DNA of 62,785 nucleotides, counting the filler, from Dicyema japonicum (lineage: Eukaryota; Animalia; Dicyemida): the NCBI GenBank assembly GCA_011109175.1. It is 8 parts of 8 records of this genome, joined end to end, with 100 filler letters (N's around TTAATTAATTAA, not from the genome) between each part and the next. Parts side by side here need not be neighbours in the genome. Positions count along the whole stretch, not along the records: positions 13,059 to 25,511 come from RDEW01000014.1; positions 25,612 to 30,328 come from RDEW01000152.1; 6 more parts are not named here. The stretch is one strand, 5' to 3'. The notes under the pieces were generated by a model. The model worked only from the letters and a program-made list of their open reading frames with translations, was not told where the DNA came from and did no database searches. Positions within the stretch are counted from its first letter, which is position 1; the number at the start of each line of letters is the position of its first letter. A program made the position numbers and the translations under genes. Shown piece after piece: positions 14,660 through 29,700 of this stretch.

Positions 14660-14810
14660 ATAATCTATTCCGGCTGGTCCAAGATTTGCCTTAACATCTT
14701 CATAACTGCATAGGCCTTCTTCGTTTGTCCATCCCGTAAGGATAAGGAAATTGTAGCTCTTTTCTTTCAAATGCCACCATGTCGTCCGCGAGCCACATGA
14801 CAACTAGTTA
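14660..14810 (-). mobile_element. 5' fragment of a 2A-bearing LINE (relative of 37400-38046)
   Basis: Minus strand SCGSRTTWWHLKEK...GWTNEEGLCSYEDVKANLGPAGI aligns with MSCGSPTTWWHLKKK...GDVEANPGPARI at 38046-37909. Confidence 0.7.
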
Positions 14811-16309
14811 CGTTGTGATAAATTTATTTATTTAGAACCACGGGATTACCGAAAAAAAGACGGAAAAAACGTCAGACAGTTAGGTAATCCCAGTTCCCGC
14901 AATCAAACGAGCCATCTAACGTATGTGGTCTCCCATTGTTCCCACTACCGTGCTACAAAAAACACTTGTATGGAAAGCCGGATCAAGGTTTTTATTAATA
15001 TATAAAATATATGAGTTTAATTATTAATTATATTATAAATTTAATAATAAAATATTAGGTTATTTATGCTTCCCAGATATATAACATTGACACTATTAAT
15101 TCAAAGACAGAAATTGTCACATAAGACTACGGATCACTTTTTTAAAAAGAATGGCCACAAAATATGTAATACTTCCTGGTCTTGCCACAAAACTCCAGAA
15201 ATATCGGATCACTTTTTAAAAAAGAATATGCACAAAATATGTACTACTTCATGGTCTTGCCATGAAAAGCCAGTAATATATTATAAATCTTTATTATATT
15301 CAATAATAATCGTTACTGTCTGCGTTTGGATTGGTTCTTCCATTGCTAAGAATTGTGTCTCCTTTGTTGAAGATCTTAACATTTGGCGTCCTCATAATGA
15401 TTAATATAAATCTTTAACAAATGGTATGATATATTGTGTTAATGTTATGCATAATTCATCACTAAATTATATTAAAACACTCAATTTATAACTTTAATTT
15501 GCCTCAGGATGCATAGTTTTTACATTAGTCGCTATCTGGAATTCATATCAGTAAATTAGATAATTTTAGATCTGCCTGTTATTCCAATCTTATTATTATT
15601 AATAAATACTAATTCATCGATACTGGTAGAGGCGTTAAATGAAATTCCCCTACTACAAGGAATTGTCAGCTACGGATCTCTATGGCGAACGATTTTAGTA
15701 AAAACGCATCTAAAGAAGATCATGGACTGCTAGTTTTTAGTTACCAGAACTCTAAAAAAGTTTTTAGGCCTAGTGAAAGACCTTACCATTTTGAAATCTC
15801 AGTCGTGAAGACTGTCACACAGTTCACCACGCGGAAGTTCTGCCTGTACAACAAGATTACAAAAAGTTTGTGAGATTTAGGGAAAAACATCGAGTCAAGA
15901 TATGGAGGCTAGTGAGAGAGACCGGGATCACCTAGTAATCGTCTAAACTAAATGATTTCTTATATGTTTAAAAATGGTCATGTTAAAGCGAAGGATCGTA
16001 GAGATGATCATCTCAGTTAGCTGATGAATCAACACAAGCCAACAATCACCCAGTGGATCAGGAAGAATGTAAGTTGACCATATTTCAATTTGCCAATAAA
16101 TTAAAGGACAATTGTGCATAAAAACAGTTGGTTGTTGGATTCTTCTACACTCTGAAAAGAGTGGATCTCATTTATCTTTTCCATGGCAAACAAACATTAA
16201 TAAATTATTTGTTATTAAAAAGTCCTAATCAAAATGAAATAAACTTGAATTAATTGTTAATTTACATAATTTAAATAATTAACCATTAAATTAATAATCA
16301 ATACAGTGT

Positions 16310-17160
16310 CATTTCTGCCTGATTACTCCAAACCCACACGAGAGAACCGTGCTGGTCTCAGTGGATATAGAGAAGGCTTTTGACTCAGTATCTTGGAAGA
16401 TCCTTACATAAAACAATTTTATGACGTCGATCCGCCTTAAATTCAAGTCATGGTTGGCTAACTTCAGTAACGGTTGAATGGGATAAATGGCGACAAACAA
16501 CCAATAATCAAAGCCGCGATACCTTCCAAATGGAATGTCATAAGGATCACCTCTGTCACTAACGCTATTCGACATATTCCAAAGTGACCACCCATCCCCA
16601 ACTACCAAAAAGTCAATTCGGATGATATCGTGATTGCAGTGAAACATTGAACAGTCGAGAAAGCGACACGGTTTGTTTAAGAGATACTAGACCTGATGGG
16701 TTTTTGGTTATTGAAACCGTCTAAAGTATCATCGTGAAACTCACATGTCCGACCTTTACCTCATCACGAAATGAGATACTGGCAACGCCAAAAATTAAAT
16801 TATATGATTCCCCAAGCCCCATTAATAAAACTCTTTCAATCCTGGGAGTCACCCTTGATCCTCAAGTGATTTGGTAACCTCGAGGATTAAAAATAAAATT
16901 GGAATTCTATTACTATCGGCACAGAGCAAACTGGAAGTGTTACAAAACCGATGTCTCAGAATATCATTGAGATAGTCAAAAAAGACGCCCATATCGTTAC
17001 TACGGAGAACACTAAACGTCCCCCAACCATGGAATACCTTACGGAACGCCACCGGGACTTCCTTAAGATAGGAAAGTTCCCTGAAAATCCCCACGGATCG
17101 GACATCAAGCTATATCTGCATTTGGGCACCCATCATCATCAGAAAGAGCTCAAATAGTGT
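16310..17160 (+). mobile_element. Decayed jockey/I-like RT
   Basis: RTVLVSVDIEKAFDSVSW, GMS.GSPLSLTLFDIF and ILGVTLDP in broken frames. Confidence 0.65.
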
Positions 17161-19399
17161 TGCCCGTAACAGGATAATCGAGAAACTTTAGAGGGTTTTT
17201 GTAACTGTCGCTTAGAAATTGGAGATCTTCTATAAAATTTTTTTAGATATCCTCGTATTCCATGAAGTGCATCCATAGCTGATCGTTGGTTGCATGTATT
17301 GAATGCAGAGTGTTTTTTGATGAAGCGACTTCCATAATGACTCAGGAAAATCTTTAAAAATTCTTTAAAGAATATATGTTGTTGATGAAATGTTTGCTAA
17401 TTGTTGTTCATAGGGGTATATTAAAAATTTGTTTTCCAGAGTGGGTAGCAATTGGTTTCCCCTGGTATCCCCCGACTGACTCTTTACCATGTTGAGTGCT
17501 ACGCGTTAAGATTCCCACAAAGTAATAAGTTGTGGGAATCTACGACTTCCGAAATGAGAGTCTATTNTAAAGAAGATATGTTGTTGATGAAATGTTTGCT
17601 AATTGTTGTTCATATGGGTATATTCAAAATTTGTTTTCCAGAGTGGGTAGCAATTGGTTTCCCCTGGTATCCCTCGACTGACTCTTTACCATGTTGAGTG
17701 CACAAAGTAATAAGTTGTGGGAATCTACGACTTCCGAAATGAGAGTCTATTGTTTTACCGACAGGAGTTGGGTGAGGGTACGTATAAGTTCAAGATCGAA
17801 AAGTTGCCTGCACGTGTTAGTATTGTGGTGGTAGTGAATTCAACGGGTGGTTAGAGGTTGTCGAATTTTTTGTTTTTAGAAAAGGGAATACCTCTCTTAG
17901 AGAAATAATATTAAAGGAAATGAGAAAGGTTGCTCACATCCATAGATGTTTGGGGGTATATAGAAACTCAGTCATTGATTATTTTGAGATATGAATGAGT
18001 GGGTGTATTTTCAATAATGATCTTAAAGTTTTGTCTGTACTTATTCATTAAACTTGATTAATTTCCTTAGACAGTTGATAAACTCTCCGGGATCACGTGA
18101 GTAGTTAATTTGGTGTTTTTGTCGTCTTAATATTTNNNNNNNNNNNNNNNNNNNNNNNNNNNNNNNNNNNNNNNNNNNNNNNNNNNNNNNNNNNNNNNNN
18201 NNNNNNNNNNNNNNNNNNNNNNNNNNNNNNNNNNNNNNNNNNNNNNNNNNNNNNNNNNNNNNNNNNNNNNNNNNNNNNNNNNNNNNNNNNNNNNNNNNNN
18301 NNNNNNNNNNNNNNNNNNNNNNNNNNNNNNNNNNNNNNNNNNNNNNNNNNNNNNNNNNNNNNNNNNNNNNNNNNNNNNNNNNNNNNNNNNNNNNNNNNNN
18401 NNNNNNNNNNNNNNNNNNNNNNNNNNNNNNNNNNNNNNNNNNNNNNNNNNNNNNNNNNNNNNNNNNNNNNNNNNNNNNNNNNNNNNNNNNNNNNNNNNNN
18501 NNNNNNNNNNNNNNNNNNNNNNNNNNNNNNNNNNNNNNNNNNNNNNNNNNNNNNNNNNNNNNNNNNNNNNNNNNNNNNNNNNNNNNNNNNNNNNNNNNNN
18601 NNNNNNNNNNNNNNNNNNNNNNNNNNNNNNNNNNNNNNNNNAAGACACCATCGATGCAATAATGTGCGCGGCCCATTTAACAGTTGAAGTAAAACCGAAG
18701 CATTTCAACGGACACTATGACCACGAGCTTGAAGAACTATCCAAATTGCAGTGGAACCTTAATTAAATAAATTACTTTTTTGGTCCTTGTAAGTGCTATT
18801 AATAATAAATAACACAATTTACAGAAAAAGAGAGATAAACCGAGATTAGCATCAAAATGGCCATGGTTAATGAATTGATTAAACGTGGTTGAATCAAAAT
18901 TTTTATGTAATGTAAAACCATAGAGTATTTTTGCATTCGAGGTCAGATAAGTTGCACTGTGAAGGGTAAACAGTGAGTTCATGATAATTTGAACATTATG
19001 TCTTCGTCGTCGGAGTCCTTTTAGGAAATTGGTTGGTCTTCAATTTAGGTAGTCTCTAAAAGTATTGTACAGACCTGAATAGACGTAATTTTAGTGCTTT
19101 CGGTATTATTTACTAACCCCAGGTTTAATAAACATTTTTTTAAAAGTTTAGTAAGACTGTGCTGATCCGTCNCTGTGAAGGGTCAACAGTGAGTTCATGA
19201 TAATTTGAACATTATGTCTTCGTCGTCGGAGTCCTTTTAGGAAATTGGTTGGTCTTCAATTTAGGTAGTCTCTAAAAGTATTGTACAGACCTGAATAGAC
19301 GTAATTATAGTGCTTTCGGTATTATTTACTAACCCCAGGTTTAATAAACATTTTTTTAAAAGTTTAGTAAGATTGTGCTGATCCGTCTGTCGTCTTTTG

Positions 19400-20630
19400 T
19401 TGAAATTTCATTTTAGTAAAATTGTTTGATTGATCTCCAGACCGTCTCACGGATTTCTGAAATGGGAGGGACGATTAAGTTTGTCCCATTTGTTGACTTT
19501 ATTTCTTCTAATTCCTTTTGATATTTCGTCATTGAGAGTTTTCTACTGAAGATGCGTGTCTTTATGCGATTCTTTTCTTTAATTAATTATTTAGTGTTCT
19601 GGTCTAGTTTTTCTCTTAGAATTTAAATAATTCACGAGGAATGAACATTCTCCTCGCCACGAGAATGATTTTAGTCGAAAAACTTCATCTATTGGGTGGG
19701 ATATAATGTATTCTGAATGGTCATTCTAATTTGCTTTTTTATAGTTGAAAAAAACATTCACTTTTCGGTGGTAAACAACTTTTTTGTGCGAATAATTATG
19801 AGATTGTAGTCGGAAGATAATCCTTAATGTACCCTCCAAGATGTGTCCGGTGCAAGGTTTTGAGTGCTAAGGTAATGTCAGGGGACGCTGATTATTCGTT
19901 TTCCATTAAAGAGTCTTATTTTGCTTCCAGGGATTGTTGAGCAGAGTCAGAGAGGTGAGCTGGTTTATTAAGAATTGGTTCGCTGTGATTTTAACCAGGC
20001 CGGGTGTTTATCGATAAAGTCGTCACGCAGTATCAGGTTTTCGTGGTTTTTATCTTTGATAGGTTTAGCAAGAATCCTTTTGGGCATGACGATGGAGGGG
20101 GGACGTAGATATATGTTGAGCTCCAATACAGCTTGTAGTGGAAAATCATGATATTTCTGTAGTCCCGTCATTTACTGGTGATTATAGCATCGAATGCGGA
20201 GATGTCATCGAATGTTATTCCTGATAATGATGAGACCCCCACCACAACGATTTGGGCGGTCACGGCGGATGCAGTGGTATCCTGGAAAATGCGGAGTAGG
20301 CGAGGATGAAATAAGTCTGTTTTCTTGAGGTATAATCAGGTCAATGTTCTGTTTGTTTATGAAAGACCACAGTTCAAGGATTTTGCTTTTGATTCCGTTG
20401 ATGTCTATTAGCAAAATTGAGAGTTGGGGGGCCTGGATTAAGTTCTATGTCTCCGGAGAAAATTATCAGAATACAATTCAGCCTATGAAAATTGAAAAGG
20501 GTAAGAGGACGTCGTCCGAAGAGTCCTTCTTCGATAGGAAGTGAGCTAATGGTTCTTTTTCGCGCTGCATTACGTGAATCCTGAGCGCCTCCAGAACTTT
20601 CACAACTGGTAGACCACATGATGCCACGTT
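19400..20630 (-). mobile_element. 5' half of a LINE with leader peptide, 2A motif and APE endonuclease (Ingi/I-like)
   Basis: ORF 20374-20619 contains LIIFSGDIELNPGP; the next frame gives INGIKSKILEL...IDLIIPQE...RRDRPNRCGGGL and LNIYLRP. Confidence 0.8.
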
Positions 20631-20786
20631 TTAATTCAATTGATCTATTTGGGTTTTTTTACCAGAGACCACGGTTACACAAGCTAACTAATCACGTGAT
20701 CCCATCATGCACTAGCAGGACCTCATCTTGGCTTGATGCTCCTTCCTTGACCCCACACAAGGGTTAAAGAGAGAAATCGAAGATAT

Positions 20787-21100
20787 ATTTATTTATTAAC
20801 CCCGGATACACCGAGAAAGAAGTTAAAGTAAACAACTAATTTAGTGTATCCAGCTTCCACTTCTACAGAAACAGAGTCCATCCGGAATCAGCATAAAAGG
20901 TAAGACGTCCATTACATGCAGTTGTGGAAACCCCTCCAGTGGAGTGGGGAAGAGCAAATGATTTTCGAGCCGGCCTGGCCTGGGCGTCACCTAGACAAGT
21001 GGATCACATGACGCCACTCTATTAGGAAGAGAGAAGAGGAACAGACAAACAAGCAGAAAACTTAAACCAATTAACCACGCAGCACCACATGACGCCACGC
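20787..21100 (-). mobile_element. About 310-bp non-coding SINE-like element (non-autonomous LINE derivative)
   Basis: A second, clearly homologous copy lies at 62290-62570. It shares the 5' GTGGCGTCATGTGG motif and the 3' stem-loop plus AATAAATA tail with the 2A/jockey-like LINEs. Confidence 0.75.
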
Positions 21101-21437
21101 GGCTTGAAATAATTGATGTTTTGTGATATGGATTTGTGTTTATAACGACATTAATTAATTTAAAAATAATAATTAAATATTAAATTTTTAAATTCTTTTA
21201 AATAATAAAAAATTCACGTTNTATTAGGAAGAGAGAAAAGGAACAGACAAACAAGCGGAAAACTTCAACCAATTAACCACGCAGCACCACATGACGCCAC
21301 GCGGCTTGAAATAATTGATTTTTTGTGATATGGATTTGTGTTTATAACAACATTAATTAATTTAAAAATAATAATTAAATATTAAATTTTTAAATTCTTT
21401 TAAATAAAAAATTCACGTTATATTAGAGTGGTGGTAA

Positions 21438-23066
21438 ATGGGGAAAAAGACTGCAGTAATAAACAAATATAATATATTAGACGGAAGACTTTAACGTACT
21501 CTTTGAACATTCAGCTGGTTATGCTATATTCAAAGTGAAAGAATTTGAAGAAATTGCACTACTCCTTCCTCAAGTAATGAGCGGACATTGTGACCTTGGA
21601 AGACTCAATTCAGTCATTAAATTAGTGTCTTTTACTCCCTTTACATCTGCTATCAATGCACTGGACAATATCAATGCTGTTAGTGAAGGTAATTGATATT
21701 ATAATTTCAGGAGTTTTGCACGACGATTTGAAGACTATACTTTCAACCTTTTTGCCTTATGTGAAGCATCATCACAATGTGCTGGGAGTGGCAGACCATA
21801 GACTTGCTTCTGCTATCTCCGACGAACTCCCAATCAGATGTGTTACTTCTGAGGCTGTTAATGAGACAATCAGAGGTATTTATTATTTATATGTGGGAAT
21901 TCGACTGTTTTTTACTAAATTTGTTGAGAAAGTGAATCCCCATGTGGAGACACGTTCTCAATTGGGTCTCTCTCATTCATATTCCCGTTCAAAGGTCAAA
22001 TTTAACGTAAACAGAACCGATACAATGATTATTCAGAGTGTGTGTTTGTTAGAACAACTGGACAAAAATATTAATACATTTTATATGAGGATTAAGGAGT
22101 GGTACTCATACCATTACCCTGAATTAACTTCAATTATAACTGATCCCTTCAAATATGTGCAAATTGCTAGTATAGTGGGAGACAGGAATTCATTTAACGT
22201 TAGTGATGAAGATATTAGGACTAAAATAACCCAAGTTACTCAAGATGACGATTTAACTGAACAAATTTATAAGACTTCTCAGTACTCAATGGGTGGGGTT
22301 ATTTTTTTAGTTTTTAGGGGTTGAACTCAGTCCAATTGATATTGAGAACCTTAATTTATTCACAGGTGAAGTGGCTGCTCTTTGTGCCTATAGGAAGAAC
22401 CTACAGCAGTATCTTGATAGGAAAATGTCATTGACAGCCCCCAATCTGGCAGAAGTAGTGGGTTCTTCGTTGGGGGCTCGTTTGATATCCCATTCAGGAA
22501 GTCTAACAAACCTGGCCAAGCACCCATCATCAACCATCCAAATAATGGGAGCTGAGAATGCTCTCTTTAAGTATTATTATTGTGATCACCAAAGGGCTAT
22601 CAAAACTAAGGGTAAAACTCCTAAATACGGACATATATTCCATTCTACATTCATTGGAAGAGCTGCTCCTTCTGATAAAGGAAAGGTTGCCAGGATATTG
22701 GCTAATAAATGCTCGATCGCTTCAAGGATTGATTCCTTTTCAGGCATTCTTACTGTTTGACTTGTAGATTTACCTACTAATGTATTTGGTAAAAAATTGA
22801 GGCAACAGTTGGAAGATAGATTAGAGTTTTTTAGTGGGGGAGAATTTCCACGTGCTAACATTGAAGTCATGGAGGAAGCTTGCGTTGAAGCTAACAAAAT
22901 GAGACAAGAAATGGGAGATGACGGGTTAAAAATTGACAGATCTAACGATAGTACAGAACAAATTAGTAAAAAGGTCAAAAAATCCAAGAAAAGAAGAGAA
23001 AATAGTGAACTTAATAGTAATTCAAATAAAATGACAAAATCGGATCTATCATTTACGTCCACGTAA
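21438..23066 (+). CDS. NOP56: Nucleolar protein 56 (box C/D snoRNP core protein), 7 exons, 6 micro-introns
   Basis: Spliced product [31 protein letters not shown]...NAVSEGVLHDDL...[19 protein letters not shown]...[16 protein letters not shown]...[16 protein letters not shown]...[23 protein letters not shown]...K-rich tail. Introns: 21456-21480, 21689-21710, 21876-21896 (GT-GG), 22293-22317, 22571-22594, 22744-22767 (GC-AG). Confidence 0.95.
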
Positions 23067-23169
23067 AATGTTTTACATTTAATCAATTTAATGACGATTT
23101 TTGTTTGATTAGATTTTTTGTATAATTATTTAAATTGTAATAAATTAATTTAATTTAAGCTAGTTAGTA

Positions 23170-25393
<2,224 letters not shown>

Positions 25394-25611
25394 TTATATT
25401 ATATATTTTTGAGATATTTATTATTTTATAGTGGTTTTGGGCTTAATTAGAGATTATTTGTGGTTAGTATTTTCTCTAATATCTATGGAATTAGGTTATT
25501 CAACTAATTGANNNNNNNNNNNNNNNNNNNNNNNNNNNNNNNNNNNNNNNNNNNNTTAATTAATTAANNNNNNNNNNNNNNNNNNNNNNNNNNNNNNNNN
25601 NNNNNNNNNNN

Positions 25612-26755
25612 TTATTATTATAAAGCACAACGTCTTGCCATTGGAAATGACAAAACCGGTGCAGTACCAAACATTAATTTTTTAGTTAATTTTCTCCACT
25701 TTCCACGATCCTGAGCCAAATCCCTCAAGTAATCCAGGTCATCTCCCGTAGTTAGAGATAATCCTATTCTCTTCATTCAGTGTCGTGGCCAGTGATGCTC
25801 TCGGACGTCCTCGGAACTTCACCTCCTCGGTTTGAAAGTATTCCTCCATGGCAACATTAGCTGGAGTTTCGATATTTCCCCGTAGGATGTGTCCAAATAG
25901 GCTCCAACGAAATTCCATGATGTCTAGTGAAATCGGTTTAGAAGACGTAATAGAGTATAGTTCTCGACTTCTTGTTCTCATACGGTCCCAACACGAATGA
26001 ATCTTCCGTAGTTGTCCACGATGGAAGGAATTTCTACGTTATTTTTCTTGGTTGTCCCACACCAAGTCGTCATATGTCTTGCAGCGTGAGCGAATGATGT
26101 ATTACATAAGAACAAATCGTTTGACCGACAGAAGTTTCCTAACAGCGTTCCAGGAAGGTTTCTTTTCCCCCTGCTGAATCTCCCCAAGAACGTTTCGTCG
26201 GTATCTGTTCTCCTCCCCACATTGGCGTTCATATCACCAACTATAAATAAAAGTGCGGAGTCGGCCAATTCTAAATATAAATCTGATAAATCTGAGTAGA
26301 AGTCATCAAATAGAGCCGGATCTTTTTAATCCAACCACTATGAGGTGCGTATACATTGATAATGGAGACAATGTCAGTGCTTGCTTTGGCATTCATAAAC
26401 TTCATTTGTAGAACTCCGATGCGGTCATTAACTGCCCATACTCTGTAGATATGGGGGAGAAATTCCATTTTGATGGCAAAACCCAGTCCATAGTGCCTGT
26501 TGACAGTCGGGAGAAAGATCAATTTGAATTTACCATATGTTTCTTCGTGGTTATCTTGGATTTTGGTTTCCTGTAGGCAACCGATTGCGACATCGTAATT
26601 ATGTAGGTCTTGACAGAGGGAAGTCCTTTTCCAAGAAGAGGTTAGGCCTCGGACGTTGAATGAGAGCAGCGAGAATTTCTCCAAAAGATAAGGTTCGTAC
26701 TTTTCAGACATGTTAATACTTTATTAGAGCGAGGTCACCAGCTCAACCAAAAAAT
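25612..26755 (-). mobile_element. Internally deleted RTE LINE retaining both ends
   Basis: 5' hairpin, APE (FNVRGL, GCLQETK, INVYAPHS, IVGDMNA) joined to the C-terminus (RWSLFGHILR, FRGRPR), then a GTGCTTTATAATAATAA tail; the RT core is absent. Confidence 0.85.
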
Positions 26756-29700
26756 ATTAGTTTATTAAATTATATTAAATTTTTTTTAAATATTATTTTT
26801 AAATGCAATATTTTTATTTTTACCTGCTAGAAAAATGGTCCAGCTAATAATTTTACTAATCATGAGGCATTCTCTGTTCCATTTGTAACCTCTCCGAGTT
26901 AACAACAAATTACCTTTTTGAATGTCCTGAATTAGTACACTGTTTGTCTACAATGTCAAAACTGACCGATCTATGGGAGTGACCGGGTTTAATAGCCGCT
27001 GGTCTCCTACAAGTTAGTGAGGCCGAAGTTACTTAACTAGCTATGAGACATTAAGCCGAAATTACATCAAATGGTTGTGAGCGAAGAGAACAGCACAGCT
27101 TAAGCCCCCACTGAACTAGCGGGATGTAAGCGAAACAGACTGCAATCCTTTATGTGAAAAAGAGTTGAGCTAATGATAATACAAAATCAATAATTCTAAT
27201 ATTCCCATCCTTCGGTTTTGTAGAATCGTGTGAAGTCATACAGTGATGATGTTACGGAAATAGCGTGCGGAGATGATGCCAGTTTGTCCCAGATGTCTAG
27301 GAATCGCTTTGGAAATTACTTGAGATACAACTTGGTGGTGGGTTTCATCCACGAACACCCAAAAAACGAAAAATAGTGGAAGAGCAAGAAAGAGAGGAAA
27401 CCTTTTCCATTATGGAGATTAATCCTCGATTCTAAGACAAACCGTCGGTAGAGGCCGTGATCACTTAACTAGAAGATAACTCTAATCCTTTTTCTAGTAG
27501 TTCCTGGTAGATATAACTCTTAACCTTTCTCTTGTATATCCAGGATTATTGGATAAATACGCATTAACATAAAAAGATTGTTTTTCTTATGTAATCGTGA
27601 CTCGACCAATAGGTACGGTGTATGTCACTGTGGTTAGTTATATCAGGCGAGCTGAGAAGAAGGTCCACCTATACGGGCTTTAAGTGGCGGCATAAATTCC
27701 TGGCATCAGACACGTGTATATTGGTTTTTTGTCTTTCGACCTTAAGCGATCTAGTTTGAGATTATTTAAAAACCCAGAGACCGTCGAGAATGAAGTTGTT
27801 AAACTCGACTAATTATGTGATCCAAGTTCGTACCCAATTTCTCTCATCCATTCATCAGCGATCATAAAATGTCACCGCGAATCTCTGCCAAAGAACTCGA
27901 CAAGGTATCCTTCTTCAGGACTGATTTGGATGGTTTTCATGTTTTTTATCATAAATAAGGTCAATTCCATGGTAATAACCTATTCGTGAATAAATCGTAC
28001 TTCAATAAGCTTTTATTATGAAATAATCGAATTTAAAATCTCATGGTTTAATTTGATTCTCCGCAGTAATCGTTTAAATATCATTAAAGTGCACAATTAA
28101 AGATAATACCATAAATCTTTCCATCAATAATTGCCATAACTGATTGATGACGTGAGCCCTGCCACGTGGTCATGTTAGATTTTGATTATACGGCACAATA
28201 TTGAATATTTGGAATAATAATAGTTTCCATAAAAGTTGTTAGCCGTATGAACGCGGAAACCAGCAGTATTAGGAACCTATGGTTATGCAGACATTATCAT
28301 GCAATCCTTATCCCCCGCAAATATATCAAGGGGGTTGGAAAACCTGATAAACCTAAATCTGACTATAATTACGACTATTATTGAACCCATTACCGTTAGA
28401 GTCTGCACTAACGAATAGTACAGAATCGCTTATCTTACGAATTCATCAGCCGCAGAAATGCAAACATAGGAAGTCCTAGTCTCCCCCATCTTCTTCGACT
28501 TCCATTATCCATAGACGATTATCATTGAAATCATTAGAACGTTTACTATGAACATTGTATCTATCAACGTAAAACCTGAAGACATTGGTAGTACAAGACT
28601 TTTTTCCTCCACCGCTATTATCACCCAAAACAGTTGAATTGCATTTATCGCACATAGAAACTGAGGACATTGGGGGTAGAAATTACGCCAGCTTCTCTAC
28701 GACTATTATCACTTTAGAATTCACAACTCTTCGATGCAACTGGTACTACTAGAATCCCCAATTCAAACACTCAGTACGAGAATCCACATGATCATTCGAA
28801 CATTGACTTCATCAGTGGAAACAACAGATACTCATGGTACGAAAAACCTACAAATATCTTCACTAAGACTCCTGAACGGTTATCACCAAAATCAATATTG
28901 GTTGAAACCACGAAACCTCATAGTAAAAGGATCTCATAGATCTCGTGGTTACTAGAAAACTAAGAGAGTTCGATAAGAATAAAAAGTTGGGCGAAATAAC
29001 AGGGTCACTCGTATTTGGCGTTTTAAGCTGAAAATACTCTCAGCAGAAGCAGAAAATCTGTCTCTTCTCACTATTATCACTTTAAGGCTCTTGAACGGTT
29101 ATCACCAAATTCAATATTGGTTGAAGTGCAAAAAATCATAGTACAGGGATTTTATAGACCACGTGGTTATAAGGAAATTATGGGAGTTCAATAGATAACG
29201 AGGTCACTGAACTAAATTTGTATTTTGGTGGTTTGAGGTTAAATAACAAGTCTTAGGTAAATTAGCAAATGCGGTCAAACTTGGTTGATTATAACGCACT
29301 TTATTAATAAAAATACTAAAATTGTTTCCTCCCCATCATTAGTTTCTCAAACATCACCTTCGCCTTTTCGTACGACTCCATTATTTGCTCCTCCAATCTG
29401 TCGAGGACCATTATTTGATGACGTAATTGAGATATTCGTGACAATCTGATGTCCTCATCTGTTAAAAAGGTTACGATTTGTGACGTCATTTCTAAAGTAT
29501 AGTTGTTTGTGTGGATAAATCTCGCTAAATTATTATTTTGGGAGTTTTTAGTGGCGGTTATAGCAAATAGGAGGATTGGGAGTATTCGGATGATTTATTT
29601 AAAATTACTTGAATTTAGGTCAGTCAATTAAACGGATAATTATTCTTAATATTTTATTTTATTTTTTATTTGAATATTTTTATAATTTAATATTAAATAA

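Noticed and set aside
15110-15265. Two ~76-bp repeats, and the short units at 37092-37140, as a CRISPR-like array
   Set aside because: Only 2-3 contiguous units without unique spacers, no cas genes and a eukaryotic context.
18041-18708. Long ORFs in the ORF track
   Set aside because: They consist almost entirely of X from the N gap.
22586-23086. 166-aa minus-strand ORF and other antisense ORFs over genes and RTs
   Set aside because: Antisense shadows of the real + strand frames with no recognisable motifs.
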